64,000 nucleotides of DNA from Trueperaceae bacterium. Lineage in GTDB: Bacteria; Deinococcota; Deinococci; Deinococcales; Trueperaceae. The position numbers were made by a program, and so were the translations under genes. The notes beneath the pieces were generated by a model. It did not search any database. It had not been told where the DNA came from and worked only from the letters and a program-made list of their open reading frames with translations. Below are positions 52,627 to 61,853 of this stretch, piece by piece. The stretch's first letter is position 1, and each line of letters starts with the position of its first letter. The DNA is taken from assembly GCA_034520945.1 (NCBI GenBank), contig JAXHNB010000009.1, positions 32,001 to 96,000 on the forward strand, given 5' to 3'.

Positions 52627-53550
52627 ATGCGTCCCCTGCTCATCGACACCGACACCGCCTCCGACGACGCGGTCGCCCTGATGATGGCGCTGCGCGAGCC
52701 CGCCGTGAGCGTCGAGGCGGTGACGGTGGTCGCGGGCAACTGCCCGCTGGAGACGTGCGTCCGCAACGCCCTGATCGCGGTCGAGGCGGCGGACACGTAC
52801 GCGCCGCCCGTGCACGCCGGCGCGGCCAAACCGATGCTGCGCCCGTTGGTGACGACCGAGTTCGTCCACGGCGCGGACGGCCTGGGCGACATGAACCTGC
52901 CCGACCCGCAGCTTCGGCCCGCGCCCGAACACGCCGTCGACGTGTTGATCGGCAAGGCCCACGCGTTCGAGGGGTTGCTGGAGGTCGTCACGCTGGGTCC
53001 GCTGACGAACGTCGCCATCGCGCTGCTGCGGGCGCCCGAACTGGCACGCCTGATCCGGCACATGTACGTGATGGGCGGCGCCGGCCTCGGGCCGGGCAAC
53101 ATGACGCCCGTGGCCGAGTACAACTTCTTCGCAGACGCCGAGGCGGCGCAGGTCCTGATGGCCTCGGGCGTGCCGACCACCGTGGTGGGCTGGGACGTCT
53201 GCACCGGCGAGGCGTTCCTGGACCTGGACGACGTGGAACGCCTGCGCGCGGTGGGGCCGCGCGGACGCTTCGCGGTGCGCTGCAACGCGTCGCTGCAGGC
53301 CATCAACGCGCGCATGGGCCGGCAGGGCCTGGACCTGGCCGACCCGAGCGCGATGGCGGTGGCGCTGTCCCCGGACCTGGTCACGGCCGCGTTGGAGGCC
53401 TACGCCTACGTGGAACACGGGGGCGGCGCGTCCTACGGCCAGTTCGTGATCGACCGCCTCGGGCTCTTGGAGAAGCCGCCGAACGTGACGATCTGCGCGG
53501 CCATCGACGCGGCCGCGTTCAAGGATCGTCTCCTACGACTGCTGGCGTGA
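52627..53550 (+). CDS. Nucleoside hydrolase (IUNH family)
   Basis: IDTDTASDDA, VHGADGLG, LGPLTN, AEYNFFAD. Confidence 0.93.
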   Translation: MRPLLIDTDTASDDAVALMMALREPAVSVEAVTVVAGNCPLETCVRNALIAVEAADTYAPPVHAGAAKPMLRPLVTTEFVHGADGLGDMNLPDPQLRPAPEHAVDVLIGKAHAFEGLLEVVTLGPLTNVAIALLRAPELARLIRHMYVMGGAGLGPGNMTPVAEYNFFADAEAAQVLMASGVPTTVVGWDVCTGEAFLDLDDVERLRAVGPRGRFAVRCNASLQAINARMGRQGLDLADPSAMAVALSPDLVTAALEAYAYVEHGGGASYGQFVIDRLGLLEKPPNVTICAAIDAAAFKDRLLRLLA

Positions 53551-53611
53551 GCCGGCCCTTCGCATCATTCACGACGGATTCCGGCACGCCGGAATCCTGT
53601 ACCCTCCGTGC

Positions 53612-53869
53612 ATGGACGTGGTCAAGCTAGGCCCGAAGGGTCAGGTTTCGATCCCAAAGTCGGTGTTGCAGCGCCTCGGCATGGAGGGCGAGCAGATCCT
53701 GCTCGTGGACGTGACCGGGGACGGCGCCATCGTCCTACGGCCGGCCGGGGCGTACCCACTGGAGCTGTACGACGACGAGCGGATCCAGGCGTTTCTCGAC
53801 GAGGACACCCTGCCAGAAGGCCTGCGCGAGCGCATGGCAGCCCGCGTGACCGACGACCCGGCGCGGTAG
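53612..53869 (+). CDS. AbrB/MazE/SpoVT-family antitoxin
   Basis: KLGPKGQVSIPKSVLQRLGM; upstream of a PIN remnant. Confidence 0.85.
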   Translation: MDVVKLGPKGQVSIPKSVLQRLGMEGEQILLVDVTGDGAIVLRPAGAYPLELYDDERIQAFLDEDTLPEGLRERMAARVTDDPAR

Positions 53870-53878
53870 GGCCGCTCC

Positions 53879-54098
53879 GTGCCGGAGCGTGCGTTTCTGG
53901 ACGCGAACGTTCTCTTCACGGCGGCCATTTCGCCCGAGGGGGCAGGGCGCGCCCATCCTCGCGGCCGCGGTCGAGGCGGAGGCCGAGGTGCTGGTCACGG
54001 GCGATCGCCGGCACTTCGGCGACCTGTTCAGCGCGTCCGTGGGTGGCGTGACGGTTCTCCCCCCTCGTGCGGCGCTCGAACGGCTTCTGAACGCGTGA
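53879..54098 (+). pseudogene. PIN-domain (VapC-like) toxin with internal deletion and frameshift
   Basis: FLDANVLF N-terminus joins out of frame at ~53945 to APILAAA...LVTGDRRHF; the central part is missing. Confidence 0.8.
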
Positions 54099-54137
54099 CC
54101 CGGTTTCGCAACGAGAGGTTCGGGCGAGTGCGGGCGT

Positions 54138-55058
54138 TCAGTCCGGGAACGCCTCGAACGTCAACCCGTCGCGCACGGCCTGAAGTAGGAAACGCGCGCC
54201 CGCGCCGTCCGACGGGTCACGCCGAAGCAGCCGCTCGAACACGCGGCCTCCCTCCTGCGCGTCACCCAGGGCCCAGGTGGCGAGCCCCAGGCCGTGCAGG
54301 CAGCGCAGGTAGGGGCGGTTATCCAGTAAGCCCTTGGGCGTGACGTCGTCCTCGCGCAGGACGCGCTCGGCAAGGTCCACGCCAACCAGGTAGTGGCGCC
54401 TCGCGCGCTCCCACCAGCGTGGCGAGACCTCGCCCATGGGGAACGCCTGGTTCCCAAGGTGGGCGTGGGCATCCAGGCAACGCAGGTCCTGGCGCGTCAG
54501 TTCGCACAGGCGCTTCTCGCTCTCGAATCCTTCGCCCATCTCGCGCCACGCGATCGTCTCGAGGATCGGGTCGTCCTCCCACGCCATCGGCGAGAAAAGG
54601 TCGGGGAGGACGCCTTGCAGCTCCACCTCGCGCCGGACCCGGCCGTCCCGGAGGACGTCGTACACGGGCTCGAGGTCGTCGGTGGTGAGCCCCAGGTCCT
54701 GCAACCAGCGCTCCAGGGTCCACGTGCCGTGTTCCTCGACGCGCAGATCCGGCAGGGAGGCGGCGTCGAGGTCGCGCCAACAACGCGTCACCTCCCCCTT
54801 GGCGTAGGGCGTGTGGCCGAAGCGCCAGGTCTTCTCCACGTTCAGGGTGAACCACTCGCCAGGTACGGGCAGCTCCCTGGAAATACCGGTCCGGATCACG
54901 GCGGTCCGACCCGCCGGTACGGCCCGTGCGTCGCGGCGGCTCAAGGATTCACGCTCGGTGCTCGCGTCCACCAGGCGGGCGTGCAGCACGTCGAGACTCG
55001 TGCCCACGCAGAGTAGCTGGGCGTCGTCGCCGGCGTCGAAGGGGAGGGGGCGAGCCAT
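54138..55058 (-). CDS. Conserved hypothetical protein with TPR-like C-terminus
   Basis: DLRCLDAHAHLGN, DNRPYLRCLHG, DPSDGAGARF; good codon bias. Confidence 0.75.
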   Translation of the reverse strand: MARPLPFDAGDDAQLLCVGTSLDVLHARLVDASTERESLSRRDARAVPAGRTAVIRTGISRELPVPGEWFTLNVEKTWRFGHTPYAKGEVTRCWRDLDAASLPDLRVEEHGTWTLERWLQDLGLTTDDLEPVYDVLRDGRVRREVELQGVLPDLFSPMAWEDDPILETIAWREMGEGFESEKRLCELTRQDLRCLDAHAHLGNQAFPMGEVSPRWWERARRHYLVGVDLAERVLREDDVTPKGLLDNRPYLRCLHGLGLATWALGDAQEGGRVFERLLRRDPSDGAGARFLLQAVRDGLTFEAFPD

Positions 55059-55094
55059 ACCGTTGCAGTGTACGCCTGTCCGTGCATGCCGGCC

Positions 55095-56135
55095 TTACGC
55101 TGCCGCCACCGCGATCACCACCTTGCCCCGCGCGTGCCGGCCGGCCAGGTACGCCATCGCGTCGGCCGTCTCCTCCAGCGGGTACGTCCTGCCGATCACG
55201 GGCGTCACCGTGCCGTCCTCGACCATGCCGGCCAGAAGCGCCAGGTCCTCGGCGTTCGTCGTGGACAGGAACGAGCGGACGCGCTGCCTGCCGATCAGGT
55301 CGTGCCACCGCGCCTTGAGCACCCTTGCGATCGCTCCGCCGTCGGGTCCAGCTTCGCCGCTGTTGGGAAGCAGCGTCCCATGGGGTGTGAGCAGGCGAAG
55401 GAGCGCGCCGATGCCGTGGTTGCCCACGTTGTCAAAGATCACGTCGTAGCGGCGGTCGCTCGCGGTGAGGGGCCGCTGCGTGTAGTCGATGACGTGATCG
55501 GCCCCCAGCTCGCGCACCAGTTCGACGTTGTCCGTGCTGCACACGCCGGTGACCTCGGCGCCGAAGGCCTTGGCGATCTGGACCGCGAAGGTGCCGATCC
55601 CGCCCGAGGCCCCGTTGACCAGTACGTGCTGTCCAGAGGCGATCTTCGCGGCGTCACGGAGGCCGTGGAGCGCCGCGAGGGCGGCCATGGGCATGGCGGC
55701 GGCATGCTCGAAGGAGAGGCCCGGCGGCTTAACGGCGAACACGCCTTCCTTGCCGCAAGCGAACTCGGCCAGGGCGCCACCTGTGGAGCCGAACACCTGC
55801 GCGCCCACCTGCAGGCGCGTGACGCCCTCCCCCACCGATACGACCGTTCCGGCCAGGTCGTGCCCGCGCACGCGATGGCCGGGCGCGGGACGGGCCAGGC
55901 CCATCATCAGCCGGATGGGCGCGGGCGCGCCGAGCATCATGAACTTGTCGGCCGGGTTGAGCGACGCGGCCGACACCCGTACCAGGACCTCCCCCGCCTT
56001 CGGCACGGGCACGGGCACCTCGGTGACCTCGAGCACACCTGCGTCGCCGTACCGCTGGTGCGTCACGGCGCGCATGGGGGCAGCGCGTGCCCCCGCGGCC
56101 GTCTCTCCCGTCGGGCCTTCCTCGTGATTCCTCAC
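55095..56135 (-). CDS. NAD(P)-dependent MDR/quinone oxidoreductase-like dehydrogenase
   Basis: ASLNPAD, GHDLAGTV, VLVNGASGGIG, GADHVIDY, GKVVI; start may be 56075. Confidence 0.92.
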   Translation of the reverse strand: MRNHEEGPTGETAAGARAAPMRAVTHQRYGDAGVLEVTEVPVPVPKAGEVLVRVSAASLNPADKFMMLGAPAPIRLMMGLARPAPGHRVRGHDLAGTVVSVGEGVTRLQVGAQVFGSTGGALAEFACGKEGVFAVKPPGLSFEHAAAMPMAALAALHGLRDAAKIASGQHVLVNGASGGIGTFAVQIAKAFGAEVTGVCSTDNVELVRELGADHVIDYTQRPLTASDRRYDVIFDNVGNHGIGALLRLLTPHGTLLPNSGEAGPDGGAIARVLKARWHDLIGRQRVRSFLSTTNAEDLALLAGMVEDGTVTPVIGRTYPLEETADAMAYLAGRHARGKVVIAVAAA

Positions 56136-56162
56136 CTGCGCACCCTGTCCTTTCAGCATCGG

Positions 56163-56203
56163 CCGTACGCTGTACGGTTCTTCGTACACCGTACGGCTGT
56201 CAA
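56163..56203 (-). promoter_or_regulatory. Tandem palindromic operators next to a TTGACA -35
   Basis: CCGTAC-gct-GTACGG (56163-56177), TCGTAC-acc-GTACGG (56182-56196), TTGACA on minus at 56198-56203. Confidence 0.72.
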
Positions 56204-56282
56204 GCGCGTCCCGAGAGGCGCGCCCCTCCGGCGTCGGCGGCGGCGTGACGCGGGGCGCGCCGGGCTGCCGGGCCTCCCGCGA

Positions 56283-57092
56283 TCAGAGCGCGTTCGCCTC
56301 CAGGCGTGCGTACAGCGGTGCGCACTCGTCCAGGAGGGGCTCGAGACGTGCGGGCAGCGGCTCCTGCTTGGGCCGGTACGGCGCGAAGCCGGTCGAGCGG
56401 TGGACGTGCGCGTACCAGGCATGCGCCCAGACGCCGTCCTCGGGCTTCGGCCCCGCCGGCCACGAGGTCATGGCCGGGTCGTACGGCAGGGCCAGCCGGT
56501 CACAAAGTCGGCGCAGCGTGCCCTCGGGATCCTCCAACAAGCGACGGGCGGTGAGCACCAGCGGCGTCCGGCCACGGGCCCGGCCTCGTTCCAGCAGCTC
56601 GACCTGCTCGGGCAGGCCGGTGTCGTCCAGCGTGGGGCGCTCCAGGCGTCGCGCCAGCGATGGCAGCATCTCGCGCGGGTCCCGCGTGAGAAGGACGTTC
56701 TCGAGGCCGTCCAGGAAGTCGCGGTCCACGACCCGCAGGTGGTGCGCCATGTTCTTGTACATCCGCACGCGGGTGCCTTCGGGCACACGGCCGGGCCGGC
56801 CGGTCTCGGCGAACGCGCGCGTGCCGGTCCCGCACAGGGGCGCGTCGCCCAGGAGCACCTCGCGGATGATGCGATCCGCGTCACCCTCGAGCTGGGCCAG
56901 CACCTGCTCGCGGTCGGGGTGGGGGGCGCGCGTCCGCTGCAAGTAGGGACCGTAGAGCGGCTCGTCGAACACGATCGTGTCCCGTCGCTGCCGGAAGGCG
57001 TACATCAGGGCGGTCGACACGTTGCGCGGGCCCGACCAGATCGACAGGCGAAGGATCTGGTCCGCCGGCCGGGCCGGTCGGGCGGCGCTCAC
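56283..57092 (-). CDS. Sulfotransferase-like P-loop protein
   Basis: WSGPRNVSTALMY, DEPLY, KNMAHH, RDP, DGVWAHAWY..VHRSTGF. Confidence 0.88.
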   Translation of the reverse strand: MSAARPARPADQILRLSIWSGPRNVSTALMYAFRQRRDTIVFDEPLYGPYLQRTRAPHPDREQVLAQLEGDADRIIREVLLGDAPLCGTGTRAFAETGRPGRVPEGTRVRMYKNMAHHLRVVDRDFLDGLENVLLTRDPREMLPSLARRLERPTLDDTGLPEQVELLERGRARGRTPLVLTARRLLEDPEGTLRRLCDRLALPYDPAMTSWPAGPKPEDGVWAHAWYAHVHRSTGFAPYRPKQEPLPARLEPLLDECAPLYARLEANAL

Positions 57093-58027
57093 GCGCCCCC
57101 TTGGGCCATCATCAACGCACCGTAGCGGTCGGCCAGCCGCTGCGTGACCGGTCCAGGCACCGCGCCGCCGATGCGACGGCCGTCCACGTGGGTGACAGGG
57201 GTGAGGCCGCCGAAGGTGCCGGTCACGAACGCCTCGTCGGCGTCGTACACCTCCGTGAGGGAGAAGTCGCACTCTCGGGCCGGCACGTTCAGGTCGCGTG
57301 CGATCTCCAATATCAGCGCGCGCGTGATGCCGTTGAGGCAGTACTGAGCGGTCGAGGTCCACACCTCGCCTTGCCGGACCACGAAGAAGTTGGTGGCGTT
57401 GCAGGTCGCGACGAACCCGCGCACGTCCAGCATCAACGCCTCATCGGCCCCGGCCTGGAGGGCCTGCACCAGGGCCACGACCTCGTGCAGTTTGCTGTGG
57501 CAGTTCAGCTTCGGATCGAGGGTGTCGGGCGGGGGGCGCCGGGTGGCGCTGGTTGCGAGGCGGATCCCCTCGCGCCCCACCTCGGGGTCGGCCCGCTTGT
57601 GCTCCGCGATGATCACGATCGTAGGGCCACCTCGCACCAGCCGGGGGTCCTGCGACGGAGTGCTCTTCTCGCCTCGGCTGACCATCAGGCGGACGTGGCA
57701 CCCGTCCTGCATGCCGTTGGCCTCGACCGTGGCCCGTAGGGCGTCGTGCAGCTCGGCGCGGGTGCGGCCGATGTCGAGGCCGATCGCGGCGGCGCCCTGG
57801 AACAGCCGATCGAGGTGCCGCTCCAGGTGCGCGAAGCGCCCGTTCACCAATCGGAGGCCCTCCCAAACGCCATCACCGACCAGGAAGGCGGAGTCGAACA
57901 CGGAGACCTTGGCGTCGGCGCGCCGCACCAGCTCACCGTCGATCCAGACCAGCACGTCACGGTTGCGGGGATCGGGCACGGCCTGGTGCGTACCGCGCGT
58001 CGAAGATTCCGGCATGTCGCTCAGCAT
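57089..58027 (-). CDS. Class IV (branched-chain-like) aminotransferase
   Basis: VSVFDSAFLVGDGVWEGLR, HSKL, ADEALMLD, LNGITR, ADEAFVTGTFGG. Confidence 0.92.
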   Translation of the reverse strand: MLSDMPESSTRGTHQAVPDPRNRDVLVWIDGELVRRADAKVSVFDSAFLVGDGVWEGLRLVNGRFAHLERHLDRLFQGAAAIGLDIGRTRAELHDALRATVEANGMQDGCHVRLMVSRGEKSTPSQDPRLVRGGPTIVIIAEHKRADPEVGREGIRLATSATRRPPPDTLDPKLNCHSKLHEVVALVQALQAGADEALMLDVRGFVATCNATNFFVVRQGEVWTSTAQYCLNGITRALILEIARDLNVPARECDFSLTEVYDADEAFVTGTFGGLTPVTHVDGRRIGGAVPGPVTQRLADRYGALMMAQGGA

Positions 58028-58105
58028 GGCACGTCGTCAGCGTGGGTGGGCGCCGGACGCCGGCCATCGGCCGCCGAAAAGCCTGGGCCTGCCCGCGCCC
58101 GGCGC

Positions 58106-58122
58106 GCCGTACACTGTACGGC
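58106..58122. promoter_or_regulatory. Operator palindrome overlapping a TACACT -10 element
   Basis: GCCGTAC-act-GTACGGC, same motif as at 56163 and 56182. Confidence 0.72.
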
Positions 58123-58161
58123 CATGAGCGAGCATGCCGACGCCGAGCCCCAGAGCGATTC

Positions 58162-58857
58162 GTGAGCTCCGAGCCGGCCCCACGGCGCAGGCCACGGCTC
58201 ACCCGCGAGCGGATCATCGAGGCGGCCGTCCTCTTCGCCGACGAGGCGGGCCTCGCCGTGCTCACCATGCGCAAGCTCGCACGGCACCTCGGCGTCGAGG
58301 CGATGTCCCTCTACCACCACGTTTGAAGCAAGGAAGACCTCCTGGGCGGCATGGTCGACGCGGTGTTCAGCGAGGTCGCGCTGCCCTGGTCGGACGACGA
58401 CTGGCGCGAAGCCATGCGACGGCGCGCCCACTCGGTCCGCGAGGTCCTGTCCCGCCACCCGTGGGCCATTGGGCTGCTGGAGTCACGGACGCAGCCGGGC
58501 CCCGCCACGCTGCGCCATCACGACGCCGTCCTCGGCGTGCTCCGCGGGGCCGGCTTCTCGGTCGCGATGGCCGCGCACGCCTTCTCCGTCCTGGACGCCT
58601 ACATCTACGGCTTCGCCCTGCAGGAGCAGGCCCTTCCTTTCGAGACTGCGGACGAGCGCGAGGAGGTGGCGGCCATGATCCTGGAGGCGATGCCCGCCGA
58701 TGCCTATCCCCACTTGCGGGAGTTGACGGCGGAGCACGTGTTGCAGCCCGGCTACGCGTACGCCGACGAGTTCGGGTTCGGCCTCGAGCTGATCCTGGAG
58801 GGGCTGGAAACGCTCCGGCGCGAAGAGGACAGGCCGCGCGGCCACGGCGCGCCGTAG
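58162..58857 (+). pseudogene. TetR family regulator (TetR_C type) with in-frame TGA at 58324-58326
   Basis: LTRERII...TMRKLARHLGVEAMSLYHHV*SKEDLLGGMVDAV...; the frame continues past the stop. Confidence 0.88.
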
Positions 58858-58987
58858 GCAGGGCGTGCCGGCGGAGCCGCGGCCCACATCGCCTCCGTGC
58901 CTCGAGCGCCCCCGCGCGATCGGCGGGGGCGCATGGCGGTCATGATGGTTCGTCACCGGGCTGCGACGTTCGTCGCGTGGCGTGTCT

Positions 58988-61720
58988 CTACTTCGGCACC
59001 GGCGCCACGTGGACCGGCGGCGTGATCACGGCCGACTTCGTCCCGTTCGGCGCGTCGATGGTCAGCCGGATCCAGACGTCGTCGTCCTCGTACGCGAACG
59101 TCACCTCCCAGAACTCCTGCCCCAGCCCCTTCTCGCCGCTCGGGATCATCGTGAGCACGTCGCCGCTCGCGACGGTCTCGTAGTCCACCTGGTTCGTCGA
59201 CACGGCCCACTCGTACGTGGCCGGCGTCTCGAAGACCTGGCTGATCTCGCCGCCGAGCCCGACGATGTCGCCGACGGCCAGAACGTCGCCGGGCGCCGGA
59301 TGGGTGATGCTGACCCACAACTCCGGCCCCTGCGTCACGTCGATGGTGACCTCGGCCGTGCCCGTCGCACCCTGGTCGTCGGTGGCGGTAACGGTCCACG
59401 TCCGCGCGCCCAGCGTCGAGAAGGCGACGGTCGGCTCGCATCCCTCCAGGTCCGGGTCGTCCGGATGGTCGCTCTCCCAGGCGAACGCCTCGCACGGCAC
59501 GCCCAGCTGGTTGACGTCGGACGCCTGGGCGTTGAACACCCAGGTCTTGTTGCTGGCGAGGGTCTCGCCTTCGGTCGGAAAGACGATCTCGGCCAGCGGC
59601 GGGTCGTTCAGGGCCGTGACGGTGACCGTGTCGGTGCCGGTCACCCCGTCCGAGTCGGTCGCGCTGGCCGTGACCTGGTGCACGCCGGCGGAGAGGGCGT
59701 TCAGCGCGCCGCTTCCCGTTCCGAGGAAGCCGTCGACGTCGGAGGTCCAGCGAACTACGCAGCAGTCCTCGCCGTCCTCGAGGTCGATGGCGGTCGCCTC
59801 GAACGTCGCGGGGAAGCCGTACGTCACCTCGGGACCGGGCTGAAGGATGACCACCTTGGGCGGGGTGTTGCCGAGCCGGCTCTTCACCGCGCCGATCGCG
59901 TTGACGTAGCGGTTGACGGCCGGGTCGTTGCTGGGGTGCGCGGTCGAGACGAGCACGCTCAGCACCTGACCTGCGTCCAGGCTCGGCTCGGCTGCCCAGA
60001 TCAGGGCGGCGACGCCGGCCGCGAACGGCGAGGCGACGCTCGTGCCGCCGGTGACGCCCATGACGCCGCTCTCGGGGTTCTGCGGATCGTCGGGCGTGAA
60101 GACGACGAAGGGGGCGTAGATGTCGACCTGCTCGTCCCCCCAGTTCGAGCCCACGTGTCGCCACTGCGACGCCATCCGGATCCCGCCGACGCAGGTCACG
60201 CCGACGTTCTCGCAGGGGGTGTGCCAGGCCTCCTCCCAGCAGAAGATGAAGCAGCTCTCGGCGTCGACGTCCTGGGCGTCGTTGCCCGCGGCGGCGAACA
60301 CGAGCGCGCCCGAGGCGCTCGCCGCTGCGGTGCTGGCGTTGAACGGCTCGACCGACCAAGCCACCGGGGCAGGCACGCGCGCGCCGAAGCTCATGTTGAC
60401 GATGTCGGCTCCGCGAGCCAGCGCCTCGGCCAGCGCGAGGTTGCCCATGAAGAAGTCGGGCGTGGTGTGGATCATCACGAGGTCGGCGATCGGCCCGGCG
60501 CTCCCGGCGGTCCCGAAGCCGTTGTCGGGAACGCCGGCGGCCGTGAGCGCGACGTTCGTCCCGTGGAACGGACAGGGATTGTCCCCGCCGCACGAGCCGG
60601 CGTTCTGGGTGAAGGTCGCCTGCAGGCCCGGGACCACCGAGGCGGACTCCCAGCCCTGCGGAAAATCGTCGTTCGGGAAGAAGCCGCCGTCCAGAACGGC
60701 GATCTTGACGCGCTGGTCCAGCAGGCCCCACGCCTCGAGCGCCCACCATGCCTCGGGCGCGCCGATGTCGAGGGAGCCGGCGAAGGCGCCCATGTACGAC
60801 CAGTCGAAGGCGTTTCCGGAGGTGTAGCGGCCGTCGCTGCCGGACATCGTGGGCGCCTCCTCCGACAGCGCGTCGGTGAACGTGTGGCCCTCCCCCACCC
60901 AGTTCACGCCGACCTGGACGCCGGACGCCCTCTCGGCTGCGGCGACGGCGACGAGGTCCAGGCCCGCCTGGCTCGCGAACGCGAGGTCGGCGCGCGGCTC
61001 GGGGTCGATCGCGGCCAGGTCGTCCACGAGGGCTTGCGCACGCAACCCCGCCGCCTGCGGGTCCACCCGCACCAGGTGCAGCGTCGGGCCGCCCGGCACG
61101 CCGCCGTCGGCCGGGCCGAGGCTGCGCAACAGCTCGCCATTGCGGCGCGCGAGGAAGTCGTCGAGCTCGTCCGGATCGTCGCTCATGAGCACCAACTCGT
61201 CGGCGACGAAGTCGGCCTGGATCCCGCGCGCATCCGTCAGCGTCGTCACGGGCCGGGGTCGCCCGTCGCCGAGCGGCGGGAGCGTCTCGACGTGCGGCGC
61301 GAGCGCCGGGTCGACGCGGACGGTGGTGGGGGGCGCCTCCTCGGCCACGGCCAGCCGCAGGGTGAACGCGCCCGAGGCGCGCCCAGCCGTAGCCTCGACA
61401 TTCAGATCGTACGTTCCGATCGGAACCTCGTCGCCCACGCGCAACGTGAGCGTGCTGGCCTCGCCGTCTACGGGATCGGGATCGAACGTGCCCTCGATGC
61501 CGGCCGCGCCGGACGCGAGCTGCAGCTCGACCGCTTCCTCCACGCCGCCGGCACGATCGATCGTCACGGCGAACGTCTCCTGCGTTCCCGGTGCCAGCGT
61601 CCGCTCGGCGGGACGCACCTCGACATCGACCCCTCCGCCGCCGGTCGTGCCGCCGCCGCTTCCGCAGCCGGAAAGCCACACCAGGACCGCAAGCACGAGG
61701 ACTGCCGTCGTTCCACGCAT
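58988..61720 (-). CDS. S8 subtilisin-like serine protease lipoprotein with C-terminal Ig/PKD-like domains
   Basis: Lipobox LSGC; catalytic IAVLDGG, HGTNVA, GTSVASP; AAAGN oxyanion motif. Confidence 0.92.
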   Translation of the reverse strand: MRGTTAVLVLAVLVWLSGCGSGGGTTGGGGVDVEVRPAERTLAPGTQETFAVTIDRAGGVEEAVELQLASGAAGIEGTFDPDPVDGEASTLTLRVGDEVPIGTYDLNVEATAGRASGAFTLRLAVAEEAPPTTVRVDPALAPHVETLPPLGDGRPRPVTTLTDARGIQADFVADELVLMSDDPDELDDFLARRNGELLRSLGPADGGVPGGPTLHLVRVDPQAAGLRAQALVDDLAAIDPEPRADLAFASQAGLDLVAVAAAERASGVQVGVNWVGEGHTFTDALSEEAPTMSGSDGRYTSGNAFDWSYMGAFAGSLDIGAPEAWWALEAWGLLDQRVKIAVLDGGFFPNDDFPQGWESASVVPGLQATFTQNAGSCGGDNPCPFHGTNVALTAAGVPDNGFGTAGSAGPIADLVMIHTTPDFFMGNLALAEALARGADIVNMSFGARVPAPVAWSVEPFNASTAAASASGALVFAAAGNDAQDVDAESCFIFCWEEAWHTPCENVGVTCVGGIRMASQWRHVGSNWGDEQVDIYAPFVVFTPDDPQNPESGVMGVTGGTSVASPFAAGVAALIWAAEPSLDAGQVLSVLVSTAHPSNDPAVNRYVNAIGAVKSRLGNTPPKVVILQPGPEVTYGFPATFEATAIDLEDGEDCCVVRWTSDVDGFLGTGSGALNALSAGVHQVTASATDSDGVTGTDTVTVTALNDPPLAEIVFPTEGETLASNKTWVFNAQASDVNQLGVPCEAFAWESDHPDDPDLEGCEPTVAFSTLGARTWTVTATDDQGATGTAEVTIDVTQGPELWVSITHPAPGDVLAVGDIVGLGGEISQVFETPATYEWAVSTNQVDYETVASGDVLTMIPSGEKGLGQEFWEVTFAYEDDDVWIRLTIDAPNGTKSAVITPPVHVAPVPK

Positions 61721-61853
61721 CGTCGCCTCCTTCCGGTCGGCGGGCTTCGGCGCGCCTCGGAATCCTCCGCGGCGCATGCGGGCCGACCGTGATGCGCGAA
61801 GGCTAGGATGGCGACCGTGTCGCGGCCGTGTCGCGAGGGGCGACGCCGTCGTG

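Noticed and set aside
44139..57092. Single organosulfonate pathway made of the SQase-like GH31, comB and the sulfotransferase-like gene
   Set aside because: The genes are scattered among unrelated ones, core sulfoglycolytic enzymes are absent and comB looks frameshifted
58324..58326. Selenocysteine or programmed readthrough at the TetR TGA
   Set aside because: Not a Cys-type catalytic position and no evident SECIS; a nonsense change or error is simpler
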